A DNA stretch of 64,000 nt, taken from positions 22,694,001 to 22,758,000 of the forward strand of contig CM075988.1 in the NCBI GenBank assembly GCA_038087875.1, read 5' to 3'. Shown here in pieces: positions 1-12,448 of this stretch. Under the pieces are notes generated by a model. It was not told the origin of the DNA. It saw only the letters and a list, made by a program, of their open reading frames with translations, and searched no databases. A program made the position numbers and the translations under genes. The first letter of the stretch is position 1, and each line of letters opens with the position of its first letter. Origin of the DNA: Malacoraja senta (taxonomy: Eukaryota).

Positions 1-1749
1 ACCCTTCATTTTAGAATTTAACAATTTTCCCACTGATGTTAAGCTAATGGGTTGGTATTGCATATTTTCTCTCACTCTTTCCTAAATAGTGGGGTCACTT
101 TGGCCACCCACCAATCCACAGAGATGGTTACAGATCCAAAGAATTAACCAGAGACTTATTATTTGTATAACAACATCTTTGAAGAGTCTTGGCTTTAGAT
201 CATCAGATCCATGAGAGTTATGTTTTTAGTCTCATTAACTTCTCTAGTGGAGTTTTTCATTAATACTGATAACTTTGAATTTATTTTTCTTGCTAGACGA
301 CTATTTGTTGTTTTTTCTGAGAAGAGGGACACAAAGTAGTTGCTTAATTGCTCAACTATTTCCTTATTATCCATCATGAAATTTTCTCATCACTGTTTGT
401 AAGCAACTCGCAGTTAGTTTGCAAGAATTTTCTCTTTTACATAAACTAGCTTTTATTTTCTACCGAAGACAAACTAAATATTTGCTATTATTCTATTTCA
501 TTGACAATATTTTGAGCCAAAGCTGGAAAAATAAGGCATTGGGGTAATTTTGCACGGTTTAGTTGATGCAACACCAGCAACAATCCACCCTATGCTCTTA
601 AATCTAAAATTCACTGCTGTTGGTACTAAGGTCCATAATTATAATCTGTGCCATTATTATAACTTATTCATTTTGTCATAAATACATACCATTTGGAACC
701 AGTTTGCATACCTCTGTGTTTCCAGGGAAACAATTGCTGTTCTGGCATCATTACTGATGTGACTGACATCACACTCACTGCAGTTGTGCACATAGGTAGA
801 ATATGTGCTTATGACAGCTTTGGGAAAAATAGAGGAGGGAAGCATAGAACGGCAAAGAGTAAAGCCCAATCTCAGATAATCATATTAAAAAAAAGTACTT
901 ATTTCTGGTATTTAAAATTTGTTATAATTGGGCATCTAAATGTCAATGGTTGCAGTTTGTGATCTTTCTCATTTGTGCGAATTTTATCTTTATGGTTCTC
1001 AATTATGTATAATGTGACCATTTAAACAGAACTATGTGGAAGCGAACTTTTTGGAAACAATTCCAGCAGTCTCATTGCTAATATAATAATCATATTTATT
1101 TTATGTTTACTCACTCACTATATCTCCTACCTTCCCCTTATTATCTGTATAACAACATTTTGCGACATATTTCAATTACACAGCCTTGATGAAATCGTAC
1201 TTGAGCTGAGTTTCCTTCAGCACAGGAGCTGGGAAAACTGAAGCTATACATTCTACCAATACCTACATGTTTCAAGTCTTGGCTTGATCACTTTTCTTAC
1301 TATATAATCTAAGTTAGATAATGTGAACCATGATATGTTGTTCAACTGATCGCTGTGCAACTTTTCCCACATCCTTTCTGTTATTAGCATTTGCCCAGTA
1401 ACATTTAGCTCCATCTCTTCCTGATATCTTCTGCTACCAAAATCAAAAATCTACGCCTTTATCACCAGAAGGCTTGGTTTCTCATCACCGGCCTCAGCAA
1501 GTTATGATTCATTTGACTGTCACTCCTACGTCCTCAATTGTGTTTCCATTACTCCACACGCAATACTGTTTCGCCATAACCTTGTCACTACTTTTAAATC
1601 TCTCTACAACCATATCATTTTCCTTGGTGATATCACTCTATCTCTGCATGAAACCTCTGCTTTTTTCATAACCAATTCACATCCATTGTTGCGGGTCTTT
1701 CTTTCGGATATTATTACTGTTCCTGCCAATCTCTCTGTCATGTTCACGC

Positions 1750-1836
1750 AGAAGATAGACACAAAATGCCGCTGAGTTACTCCAGCTTTTTGTGTCTATC
1801 CTTGGTTGAACCAGCATCTCCAGTTCCTTCCTACAC
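1750..1836 (+). mobile_element. Short Penelope-like (PLE) terminal fragment with a small inverted arm
   Basis: CCGCTGAGTTACTCCAGC...GTGTCTATC...CCAGCATCT matches the other PLE ends in the window. GATAGACACAAAA and TTTTGTGTCTATC are inverted copies. Confidence 0.6.
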
Positions 1837-2134
1837 ATCTCTCTGTTTAACCCCATTTTACTTTTGGGTCATCTAAAAATCTTTCCCTGTGATTTCAACC
1901 ATCTTATTATCTTTATTTCTGTTCAGTATTTTTGTTTTGCACATTATGAAGAATATTTCAGCATTTGAAATGAGCTTTGGAAATGTCAGTTTATTTTGGT
2001 AAAAATCCTTATTCTAATGAAATATACTGGACAGCGCAGTATGAGATTATGTGAAATATATTAAACCGAATAATTGATACTGTGTAAAACAGCTGTGGGT
2101 TCTACCAAGTCGGTAATGATTATTGGTTGTATTT

Positions 2135-2497
2135 AAGGTAGACAAAAATGCTCGAGAAACTCAGCGGGTGAGGCAGCATCTATGGAGAGAAGGAATAGGC
2201 GACGTTTCAGGTCGAGAGCCTTCTTCAGACTGATGTCGGGGGGAGGGGGGGGGCGGGAAAAAGAAAGGACGAGGAGGAGATAGTAGGCTTGTGGGAGAGC
2301 TGGGAAGAGGGAGGGGAAGGAGGGAGAAAGCAAGGACTATCTGAAATTTGAGGTCAATGTTCATACCCAAGCGAAATATGAGGTGCTATTTTGCGCTGGG
2401 CCTCACTCTGGCAATGGTGGAGGCCCAGGTTAGAAAGGTTATATTCGGAATGGGAGGGGGAGTTGAAGTGCTGAGCCACCGGGAGAACAGGTTGGTA
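2135..2497 (-). mobile_element. Penelope-like element 3' fragment (GIY-YIG endonuclease C-terminus plus terminal repeat)
   Basis: Minus-strand translation PVAQHFNSPSHS..LGLHHCQSEAQRK resembles the PLE endonuclease C-terminus. It is followed by a CT-rich tract and a CTGAAGAAGG...GAAACGTC motif. Confidence 0.75.
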
Positions 2498-2499
2498 GT

Positions 2500-3769
2500 G
2501 CGATAAATGAAATGGTTTGAGAAGTTGATTAGGGTGCATATCAACTCTTTCCTTAGCAAGAACTTGGACCCACTACAATTTGCAGACTACCACGATAGAT
2601 CAATGGGGGATGGGATCTCGCTGGCTCTCAACTCTGCACTTGACCACCTGGATAGTAAGAACATGTGTCAGGCTGTTGTTCATCAACTACACCTCGGCAG
2701 TTGACATCATCATCCCTTCTAAACATGTTACCAAGCTCAGGGAACTGGGTCTCTGCACATCAGCTGGATCCTCAACTTCCTCATCAACAGACCACAATCG
2801 GTACGAATTTGGAACAACACATCCACCTCGATAACCATCACAACAGGGGCACCTCAAGGCTGTGTGCTCAGTGCCCTGTACTCCTCATTCTATACCCATA
2901 ACTGTGTAACCAGTCACAGTTCTAACTCCATCATTAAATTTGCCAACGACACCACCGTTGTCGGACAAATTACAGTTAATAAGTCAGAGTATAAAAGGGA
3001 GATGGATAGTTTGATTGAATGGTGCCAGAACAAACAACCTTGTTGTCAACGTCAGTAAGACCAAGCAGCTGATTGTTAATTTTGGAAGAGGGAGGTCAAG
3101 GATCCACAAATCTGTCGTGATTGACGGGTCGGTGGTGGAGAAAGTCAACAACTTCAAGAAGACAGGTGTGCACATCATTGAAGATCTGTTCTGGGCCCAT
3201 TATATTAATGCAATTATATTGAAAGCCCATCAATGCCTCTACTTTCTTAGAAGATTGAGGAGATTTGGATTGTCAGTGGATACTCTGTGGAGCTACAGGT
3301 GTATAGTAGAGAGCATATTGACTGGTACCATCATGGCCCAGTTCGGCAATTCGAATGCCAGGAATGAAGGTGGTGGACACTGCACAGTCAATCATGGGTA
3401 CTGACCTCCCCACCATTGAAAGGATCTAAAAGCAGCCAGCATTATCATAGATCCACACCACCCTGGCCATGCTTTCATTTCACCCTTGCCATTGGGAAGA
3501 AAGTAGGAGTCTGAAAACTGACCTTTATGTTCAAGAACAGCTTCTTCTCATCAACTATCGGGTTCATGAACACCACAAACACCAATTTAAACTATGAATT
3601 ATGAATTGTTGTGGTTGCACTCAGATCTTCAGGCTTTTTTGCACTAATATTGAAGTAACATTTTTTTTGTTTGTTTATTATGTTATTTATGAGTGCTGTG
3701 TTTACAGCCCTGTAATGCTGCTGCAAGTAAGAATTTAATTGTTCTGTTTTCGGTACATTTGATAATTAA
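2500..3769 (+). mobile_element. Degenerate 5'-truncated Rex1/Babar-type LINE (RT and 3' UTR); tail resumes after the hAT at about 5813-5838
   Basis: Frameshifted RT motifs [28 protein letters not shown] and LYFLRRLRRFG. Homologous to the ORF at 37690-39006. The 3' UTR matches the tail at 46150-46235. Confidence 0.85.
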
Positions 3770-3937
3770 TAGAACCAGGATGTTTAGGCACTAAAAAACA
3801 GAAATAGGCAGGCAAAAAGGCATAATAAAATTACAAAAAAGGCACGAAAAAGGCATTTATTGACAAAAAAGGCATAACAAGGCATGTATTTCCACCACCA
3901 AAATATGGTTAAAATGATAATATAAAGGTATACTACA

Positions 3938-5230
3938 TTAAATGATCAAAGTTGCCTGGTTGCACATAATTACTAGCATTGTTTTCAAATTATCTGGTGT
4001 TAAACTATGCCGTCTGTCAGACAGAATATTTTTCAGTTGTGAAAAACTTCTTTCTACCTCAGCTGAGGTCACTGGTGCATACCTGAAACAAGCTACCGAC
4101 TCTATATTCATGTTGATATCTTGTGCATTACAACTACCTTTGAGAACTTTGGATATGTTTTGTATTTCTTCAAGATCTTCATTAGCTAAAACCACTCTCA
4201 CACATTTTCCTTGTATGTCTTTACCTACATCGCCAGGAATTTTAAGAATATCGTCAGTTACTTTGTTGAAAACCTGCAAGTTATTCACTAATATTTTGCC
4301 ACGTTTCTCAAGGGAAGTGATAGCTTGTGGGAAATTTGCAAAATTGGAAGCAATAAACACAAGATCGCGGTGGAGGGACTTTTTCTGCATGATTTCACTG
4401 ATGATCCTGACTGCAGCAGATTCTTCTTCAAATCAGTTGACAATTTCTTTTTTTTCAAAATTTGCAGCATAGTAGAGTACAGCAGAGAGCCATGTACCCC
4501 ACCTAGTCAAAACGGGCTGAGGAGGTAGCGGAATCTCGGGTGCCATTTCCTTGAACAACTGCACACGTGACGGTGGTTTGAGGAAGATTTTCTTGACATT
4601 GGAAACTAGGCAATAAGCTACGTATGTGCTTGGCAATTTTTTTTTCTCCAAAATTTTAGGATGTGCTTGGCAATTCTATGAAGTCCTTGAGCTAAGCATG
4701 TCAAATGCAACATTTTGGGAAATAAAACTTTAAGAGCACGAGCAGCATTTTTCATGTACGGAGCTGCATCAGTCACAAACAAAAGAACATTCTCATGTTT
4801 CATACCTTCTGGCCAAAGTACAGCAATTGAAGATGTAAACAACTGAGCAATAGTTGAGCTGTTTGACTTCTCCAATACTTCCGATGTCAACAAATACTCC
4901 TTTGAAGGTTGACCTGCCCCCAGTGTACCGATGACCGCATTGGTAACATATCTCCCGACAGCATCGGTTGTCTCGTCTATTGAAATCCATATTTTGTTGC
5001 ATGTAACTTCATCTCTAATTTTCTACACAACAATGTTGAAGTTGCTGTCAACATAATTTTTCCACAATGATGACTCGCTTGGTATATATTCCTCCAAGTA
5101 TTTATCTAAAAATCCTCTGAGATTTGTTTTCCAATTTCCACAGTGGAATTCCAGCATCAATGAATGCCTTGCACAGATCACTCAAACTCAGATTTGCAAC
5201 TGGAGCCAGCAATTAATGCAGTGAGGAGAC
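3938..5230 (-). pseudogene. Frameshifted hAT transposase (CGGBP1/DUF659-like clade)
   Basis: Motifs [40 protein letters not shown] and YAPVTSAEVERSFS are spread over several frames. Confidence 0.85.
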
Positions 5231-5234
5231 AAGC

Positions 5235-5508
5235 TTGGGTAGTGTACACCCCAGCGATATCAACATTGACCTCTAATTTTAGATAGCCCTTGTCTTCTCC
5301 CTCCTCCCCGTCCCCCTTCACAGCTCTCCTAGTCCTACTGTCTCCGCCTCTTCCTTTCTTCCCCCCCCCCACATCAGTCTGAAGAAGGGTCTCGACCCGA
5401 AATGTCGCATATTCCTTCTCTCCATAGATGCTGCCTCACCCGCTGAGTTTCTCCAGCATTTCTTTATCTACCTTCGATTTTTCCAGCATCTACAGTTCTT
5501 TCTTAAAT
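5235..5508 (+). mobile_element. Penelope-like 3' fragment inserted in the hAT
   Basis: Homologous to the reverse complement of 2135-2370. Contains CTGAAGAAGGGTCTCGACCCGAAATGTC at 5379-5406. Confidence 0.8.
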
Positions 5509-6557
5509 AGATCTTGGAGAAGACTGAACCAGCGGGCAGCGGCATGAACGACCGACGGTGCCGCCACCGGTTTCACCCCGGTGGTGGAAATTTTCTTGTA
5601 AGTTATACTATGTTAACACGTTAATAATATCATTAATATTATCGAGTTAACATAGAAAACATCATTGTAATCACGGTACAACTAGAGAAAATAGCACGAC
5701 CTTTTAAACGGCAAAGAAAAGGCTGATTTAGGCACTCGATCGTGAAAAAGGCATTATCCTGGAGAAATCATCAAAAAAGGCACATGGCATTTATGGCAAA
5801 ATCCTGGCTCTAATAATTAAACACTCTTGATCCTTGAACATAGCACATTTGCCTGGGATACTGGATGAATCTGTAAGTCTTTTCCTTTCTGTCATTATTC
5901 CATTTTTGTTATAATGTACCCATGTTGGACGATATGACTTGAAATGTTTTGCAGCTTATGAGCTCTATTTGAAAATTCAGTAATATAATGTATTACACTT
6001 TGATAACCATATAAAGACTGCAGTCTCTCTTGATGTGTGACAATAGAGAGTTGCCCAAACCATTAAGCATTTTGTAGGCCACAGGTTACTTGACACCTGT
6101 GCTGGATAAGTAGCTTTCATTCACTCCTCCTTAGTTAGGGTATTGGGACAATTAATTTAGACAAGCATTACTTTTAAAGGAATCACATCATTCTATCAGA
6201 GAGAAATTCGATCATTAATGATATGCAAGGCCATTGTAAGATTGCCTATATCTTGATTATAGTCTTGGAAGTGTATCTTTTGTCAGTGGTAAACCTCCAT
6301 TAGTATACTCAAGTAGGCCTAGAGGTGCTAAATTTAATCTTATAAACGTGTTTCTGTGTAAATATCCCATTTGATTATTTTGTTGCACATTAACGTAACA
6401 TTTGAGGACACATCATACATTTAGATTACACAAGTAGCATACTCACTCAGGAATATAAGGTACTAGACCAAGTGCGGACTCGTTGGACCCGTTCCCCCAA
6501 CGCAATATTCCACCATTCACCCATAGCCCCCAATTGCGCAGGCGCGGCTGACGGGTT

Positions 6558-6610
6558 CCCGTTGTGACGCCAGAGATCCCCGTTGTGACGCCAGAGATCC
6601 CCGTTGTGAC
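6558..6610. repeat. 21-bp tandem repeat (CCCGTTGTGACGCCAGAGATC, about 2.5 units) inside the Helitron
   Basis: Read directly from the sequence. Confidence 0.9.
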
Positions 6611-6699
6611 ACGAGTCACGGCAACCATCACCCGTCTGCACAGACGTTTTAAAGTTTAATATGGCAGTAACTTGTAAAATATAAGATCAATGTGAACGC

Positions 6700-7270
6700 A
6701 TCTCACTCTCCCTCTTCAGTCCCCTATTCCCCTCCTCCATTATCCTCCCTACCCCCACCCTCCACCAACCCTCCTCTGCTTCCTCCGCTCACCCCTCCCT
6801 CACCTCCTCGCTCTTCCCCCTCCCCTCCTCCATTACCTTGCCATCCCTCTTCCTAACCCTATCCTCCTCCCTTCCTCCTCATCCCCCAGCACTCCCTCCC
6901 CTTCCTCTTCACCCTCCCTCGTCTTTCCCCTCACCATCTCCTCCCCTCCCTCCCTCACCTCTCCCTCCTTTTCCTTTCCCCTACCATCAGTCACTCCTTC
7001 CCTCCCTCCATAACCCCTCTCCTCTCCCTCTATCCCCCTGCTCCCCCATTCCTCACCTCCCTCCTATCCCACTCTCCCTCCTCATCTCCCACACTGTCCT
7101 CTCCCTCTATCCCCTGCTTCCTACCTCTCCCACTCCCTCCTCCTCTCCCTCTATCCCCCCCTCCTGCCCATTCCCTCCTCACCTCCCCCACCTTCCCCTC
7201 CCTACCCCCCTCCTCTCCCTCTATCACCCTGCTCTCCCACTCCTCACCTCCCCCAATCCCACCCCACCAC
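6700..7270. repeat. Polypyrimidine (CT/CCT-rich) low-complexity tract
   Basis: About 570 bp that is almost entirely C/T on +. Confidence 0.95.
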
Positions 7271-7778
7271 AATGAAAATCGCGATGTTTAAAAAAAAAAG
7301 AAACCTCCTCCTATCTCATCCCCCAAACAATGAAAATCGCGATGTTTAAAAAAAAATGAAATTCTCAATGAAAATCGTGTTTTCTTTTCTTTAAAATAAC
7401 CTAAACACAATGTTAGCTGTTAATGAAAAAGGAAGAATTGGATTAAAACTAAGGTTTTTTTTAGAATAAAATCAATGTCAATGAAAATCGAGATTTTTTA
7501 ATGTAAATGAATTTTGAAATCCCATTGTGACGCCATTGTGACGTTGAACGCAGCTGATGTTCAGGGCAAGTGGAAAAGTGGTTTTGTAAAGTGTTTTTTT
7601 TGTAAAGTTTAAAATGTCAATAACTTGTAAAATATAACATCAATCTGAACAAAACTTGGCCACCCCAGGACACCTCACCAGAGTAAGGTGGGCCAAAAAT
7701 TGGAGCATTATTGTGTGCCATTTTGCCGGAGTTTCGGGAAATCACACGCACAAACAAACAAGATGCGAGTTTTAGTAA

Positions 7779-8818
7779 TCTATATATTACTAAAACTCTC
7801 ATCTTGTTTGTGATTCTGCATGTGTGTGTGTGCGTGATCCTGGAACTACGTCAAAACTGTACACGATAGCGCTACAATGGTGGGGGTGGGATGGGGGGGG
7901 GGTGGGGGTGGGATGGGGGGGTGAACAATGCGATCTACTTTACATTAAAAAAACTCGCTGTCCCCTATAAAAGCACGCTGGACACAGACACCAACAGGGC
8001 CCGGAGCCGCGCTCCTCCCTCCCCCTCCCGCGGCTCAAGACGGCAGCCTCAAAAACTCTCTGACTGACTTTCAATTACTTTAAAATGCCGCGCGTGCAGA
8101 GCCGCAGGAGGGAGAGGGAGAGGGAGAGGCAACCAGCCACAGGAAGAGGTAGGGAGAGGGAGAAGCGTCACCACGGGCCCGTCCGCACCGGCTCGAACCA
8201 CAGCCCAGGGCCCTGATCACAGCTAGACACAGACTGGGCCCGGAGCCGCAATCCTCCTTCCCCTCCCGCGGCAGCAGAGCTTGAACCACAGCCCAGGGCC
8301 CTGAGACACATGGCTGGACAAAGACACGGACACAGACATGAACTGGGCCCGGAGCACACTCCTCCCTCCCCATCCCGCCACTCCAGACCGAATTATTGCG
8401 TTGGGTGAACGAGGCTAAACGGGTCCCACTTGGGGTAGGGAGGGGAGAGGGGTTATGGACAATGTTAACAAAGTCAGGACTCTGAGTCCAATGAGAGATT
8501 TGTAGCATTGTTGTAAGGAGTGGGGGAGGGGGATGAGGATGCAGATAGAGGGAGAGGAGGGGGGTAGGGAGGGGAGTGGGGTTATGGAGGGTGGGAGGGA
8601 GTGACTGAGGGTAGGGGAAAGGTGAGGGAGGGGAGGAGGAGAGGGGAAAGAAGAGGGAGTTCTGGGGGATGAGGGGAAATGAGCTGTGCCAGCGCAGTTG
8701 GGGGCTATGGGTGAGTGGTGGAATATTGCGTTGGGGAAACGGATTGTGTTGGGGGAACATGTGAGTGGTGCTATATTGCGTTGGGGGAACGGGGCCGAAC
8801 GGGTCCCACTTGGTCTAG
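7779..8818 (+). mobile_element. Non-autonomous Helitron (copy 2)
   Basis: Starts TCTATATATTACTAAAACTCTCATC after an A and ends GGGCCGAACGGGTCCCACTTGGTCTAG before a T. (GT)n near the 5' end; no TSD. Confidence 0.8.

Positions 8819-8886
<68 letters not shown>
8819..8886. repeat. (TA)n(TG)n(TA)n microsatellite
   Basis: Read directly from the sequence. Confidence 0.95.
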
Positions 8887-8888
<2 letters not shown>

Positions 8889-9936
8889 TACAGATAGCAT
8901 AATTATGTATTTTTCATATTCATAATTGTGTGTTGTGGCTTTTTATATATTACTGTGGTATGGTGTGTAGACTGTCCACAACTACATTCAAATCCTGAAT
9001 GGGATTTTGAGATCACAATTTCTATTTGCCCTGAGAAAGCATTGGTTCCCAATTTCCATTTTTGTGCTTTGAAAAAAACCCCGTAAGGTTGAGCACCATT
9101 GAATAAAACCTTGTCTGTATGTCAGATCGTTTTGCTTTTAAATAATGTGGGATATGAACAATAGGCTTTTTTTTTAGAAAAGCCACAAAAATGGGTAAAT
9201 GTTGGATGGAAGCTATGTGTATGCATTATCTGTTGTCATGCTAGTTATTGTGGAATGCTGTTAATGATGGTTCTGTTTATGTTGAAGAAAGTGTTTTGTT
9301 GACATATCTGTTTTCATTTTGAGTTATAAACAATTTTGCATCACAGTATTGGAAAGCAAATCAACAAATAAAGTATGAGGCAATGATTTTGCAGTCTGAA
9401 TATTTAAGAACTTTCATACTAAAACAGAAATTGTTTCATTCAACAATCTAGGAAATATAAATTAGATTTGTATACCAAAACAGCTCTTATGTTATGGGAG
9501 ATCTAATCTAGGTATTGTTATAATTCACCGTTTTTGTGTCAGACTTATCTTTAACTCTGGAGTTGGGCTGAATCATTAGAGTGAAATCGAACCCTTTAAC
9601 TGTTATTATGGTTGGAATACCTCCTTGGACATATTTTGTCATTTTCTTCATTGTTGCTGGATCAGTATCCTAGGATTTAAAAAGTTTAAGGACAAAGACT
9701 GCGAAATTAGACATGAATAATAAATACTATGTCCATGTCCAATGAACAAATTCAATAATAAGTCACTTACAATTAATTTTCTTGCATTTACTTGTTTGAG
9801 TAATGCCCCTAAATGAGGCCAATACTGGTTCAAACATTTCTAATTCGCACTGCTATTTAAAAAATTGTACTTCCAATAAAGCAAAACAACAAATTTAAAA
9901 GGTTTGTATGATTTCTAAATGTAATGGTAACCATTA

Positions 9937-10443
9937 AGGGGCTGTCCCACGTGGGCGACCTAATCCGCGAGTTCTGGCGAGTTTGCCCTCGACTCATACT
10001 CGCAGCATGGTCGACATGAGGTCATAGGAGGTCTTTGTAACGCTCCTTCATGCTCGAGAGTAGTCCCCGTGTACTCGAGGCCTCAGCTAGGTTGCGGCGT
10101 ATTTTTCAACATGTTCAACATGTTGAAAAATGCCCGCGAGTAAAAAAAAGGTCACCATGGAAAAAATCGATACTTTTTTTACTCGTAGGTTTAGTCGTAG
10201 TAGGTCGGCATGTTAGTCGTAGGTAATAGAGGGTAGTCGAAGGTAATCATAGATAGTCTTCATCATAGTCGAAGGAGATCGAAGGAGGTGGTCTTCACGC
10301 TGCACTATTCGGTGTCCAATTTTCAAGAAGTTAGTCGTAGCTAGTCGAAGCTCGTCTTCAACATAGTCGAAGGAGGTCTACATAGTTCAACATTACATTT
10401 TTTTCAAACTCTCCTAAACCAATTAGGTCACCCATGTGGGACA
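9937..10443. mobile_element. PIF/Harbinger-type MITE; right TIR clipped by a CR1 tail
   Basis: TTA followed by AGGGGCTGTCCCACGTGGGCGACCTAAT, ending ATTAGGTCACCCATGTGGGACA. Internal TAGTCGTAGG/TAGTCGAAGG repeats. Same family as 55221-55942. Confidence 0.8.
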
Positions 10444-10570
10444 TAGAAACATACATAGAAAATAGGTGCAGGAGGAGGCCATCCGGCCCTTCGAGCGAGC
10501 ACCACCATGGCTGATCGTCCCCAATCAATAACCCGTGCCTGCCTTCTCCCCATATCCCTTGATTCCACTT
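10444..10570 (-). mobile_element. CR1 (HER1-like) LINE 3' end
   Basis: ATAGAAACATA...AATAGGTGCAGGAG...GGCCCTTCGAGC is the reverse complement of the tail at about 15240-15345. Confidence 0.8.
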
Positions 10571-11379
10571 GCCTCATTGTCCTCTTTGATATGGAGCAAT
10601 TTATATCTCAAACCTACATTGGAGCACAGAGCCATGAAGGATTATACAGAAAGAAACATAAGGACAGAACGAGACTGTTGTGTCATATGTAGCAATTCCA
10701 TTCTAAAATTAACCCCACTCACTACCTGCTCCCTCCTCAAAGTCCTATGTACTCTGCTTTAAATATATATCCACTTTTTCTACCTGTGGTAGAGAACTTC
10801 CCACCTTCCATTGTATGAAGACTGATTTCCTAATGTCCTTGCTGCCTTGGTGAATTTTTTTGGTTTACGATACCTTGGCAGTAGTATAGAATTTTGTCTT
10901 TCTTTGTTTATATGATCAAATCTATTCAGTATTTTTTTTTAAATGATCTAACTTCCTTTCAGATATCTTTGTTTTAGATAACAGACCTAATAACAAATTT
11001 ATGCTTGTAACTATAGTTTCCTACTTATGCAAGTTACCTGATTTATCTATTCTGTTTTCTGCAACATTAATGTCCTTTTTTAAAAAGGTACTTCAAAGCT
11101 ACATGTGATAGTCTTAACTGTAGTCAAACCAATGTTTTTTGCAACTTAACTTTTCCTTGTATCAATATGCCGTAAGAATAATAGAAAACAACTGCTGTGC
11201 ATCCTCCTGATAGCTCCTATCTACAAGAATATATACACATCTTGCTGAGGAAGAAATGTATCCTCGTGTATGTACTAATTGCGCAAAATTTCAGAAGCTG
11301 ACTTGGAACTGAAGTTCAGAAGAAGGGATGAATATTCTTTTTTTTCTAGATTATGCTTTATATAAAATATATGATATTA

Positions 11380-11950
11380 TTAGATTATTATTATTGTCAC
11401 GCGTACTGAGATACAGTGAAAAAATAAACAGCAGAATATAGAAATACAGCCATACAGAAAGTGAAAATTTAAAAAAAGTGCAAGGGCTGCAATTATGTAG
11501 ATTTCGAGATCAGGAATGTATCCTCACTCACGAGAGGTGTGTTCAAGAGTGTGATAATAGTGGAAAAGAAACTTCATGAATCTGCTGGTTGGTACGTGCT
11601 TTGAAGCTTTTGTATATTGTGCCTGACAGGAGAGGGAGAGAGAATGAATGACCAGAGTGTAAATGGTCATCCTCGATTATGTTGGCCGTTTTCCTGAAGC
11701 AGCCAGATGTGTATATAGAGGCGATGGGGAGAACGGTAGACCAATTTGTGTGCTGGACTGGGCTGCATCCATTACTATTTGCAATTTCTTGAGGTCTTGG
11801 GCTGAGAAGCTGCCAAACCAATTTGTAATGCCTCCCAATACGATGCTTTCAGCAGTGCAACTGTAGAAATTGGTAAGAGTCATTAGAAACATGCAGAATT
11901 TCCGTAATCTTCCGAGGAAGTAGAGGCGTTAGTGTCCTTTCTTGGCTGTA
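11380..11950 (-). mobile_element. Degenerate Rex/Babar LINE 3' fragment
   Basis: FYSCTAESIV..ITNWFGS..DLKKLQ and HSGHSFSLPLLSG motifs, plus a tail with GACAATAA. Confidence 0.75.
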
Positions 11951-12157
11951 GTTCTTTATTTATTCTTTCCTGATGTAGTGATACTGTTTATTTGACAGTA
12001 TTGTTTCGTAGAAGTCCATTTCAGTTATCACATGTCTATTTTCCTGTCCTTCCAGTAGGAATCATTGGACATTTTGGCTGGTTTTTGTCATAGTTTTAGT
12101 CCAGAGACACAACAGCTGTACCATTTATATGTACATTGATTATACCAGCTATACCAA

Positions 12158-12440
12158 GGGTGGTACAGTGGCGCAGCAGTAGAGCTGCTGCCTTGCAGCA
12201 GCAGGTACCCGGGTTCGATCCTGACTAGGGGTGCTGTAAGTCTTCCCTATGATTACGTGGGTTTTCTCCGGGTGCTCCGATTTCCTTCCATATTACAAAA
12301 CTGTACAGGTGTGAAGGTTAATTAGCTTCAGTAAAGTTGTAAATTTTCCCTGGTGTGTAGGATAGTGCTAGTGTATTGCTGGTTGACGTGGGCTCAGTGG
12401 GGCGAAGGGTCTGGTTCTGCGCTGTATCTCTAAACTAAAT
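12158..12440 (+). mobile_element. tRNA-derived SINE (HE1/V-SINE-like)
   Basis: A-box TGGCGCAGCAG, B-box GGTTCGATCC, central GTGGGTTTTCTCCGGGTGCTCC, and tail GCTGTATCTCTAAACTAAA. Confidence 0.85.
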
Positions 12441-12448
12441 TTGCTATG

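Larger units (their letters stand above)
3770..5812 (-). mobile_element. hAT DNA transposon, defective
   Basis: Imperfect TIRs TAGAACCAGGATGTTT / TAGAGCCAGGATTTT, 8-bp TSD ATAATTAA (3762-3769 and 5813-5820), subterminal AAGGCA repeats, and internal transposase remnants. Confidence 0.9.
6463..8888 (-). mobile_element. Non-autonomous Helitron (copy 1), interrupted near its 5' end by copy 2
   Basis: Minus-strand 3' CTAG (6463-6466) with an adjacent imperfect hairpin. The 5' terminus reads AGTTTTAGTAA|...TATATAGA on +, split by copy 2. A|T insertion with no TSD. Confidence 0.75.

Noticed and set aside
3942..4472. 176-aa plus-strand ORF
   Set aside because: Antisense shadow of the hAT transposase.
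6838..7275. Pro/Ser/Leu-rich 145-aa ORF and its antisense ORF
   Set aside because: Translation of a CT-rich low-complexity tract inside a Helitron.
8080..8925. 226-aa and 161-aa ORFs
   Set aside because: They span Helitron low-complexity and microsatellite sequence, with no protein motifs.
10180..10390. Short spaced repeats resembling a CRISPR array
   Set aside because: Irregular motifs of about 10 bp inside a TIR-bounded MITE in vertebrate DNA; no unique spacers and no cas genes.
12158..12230. tRNA-like heads here and at 49871 and 57990
   Set aside because: These are SINE heads followed by SINE body and tail; they do not fold into complete cloverleaves.
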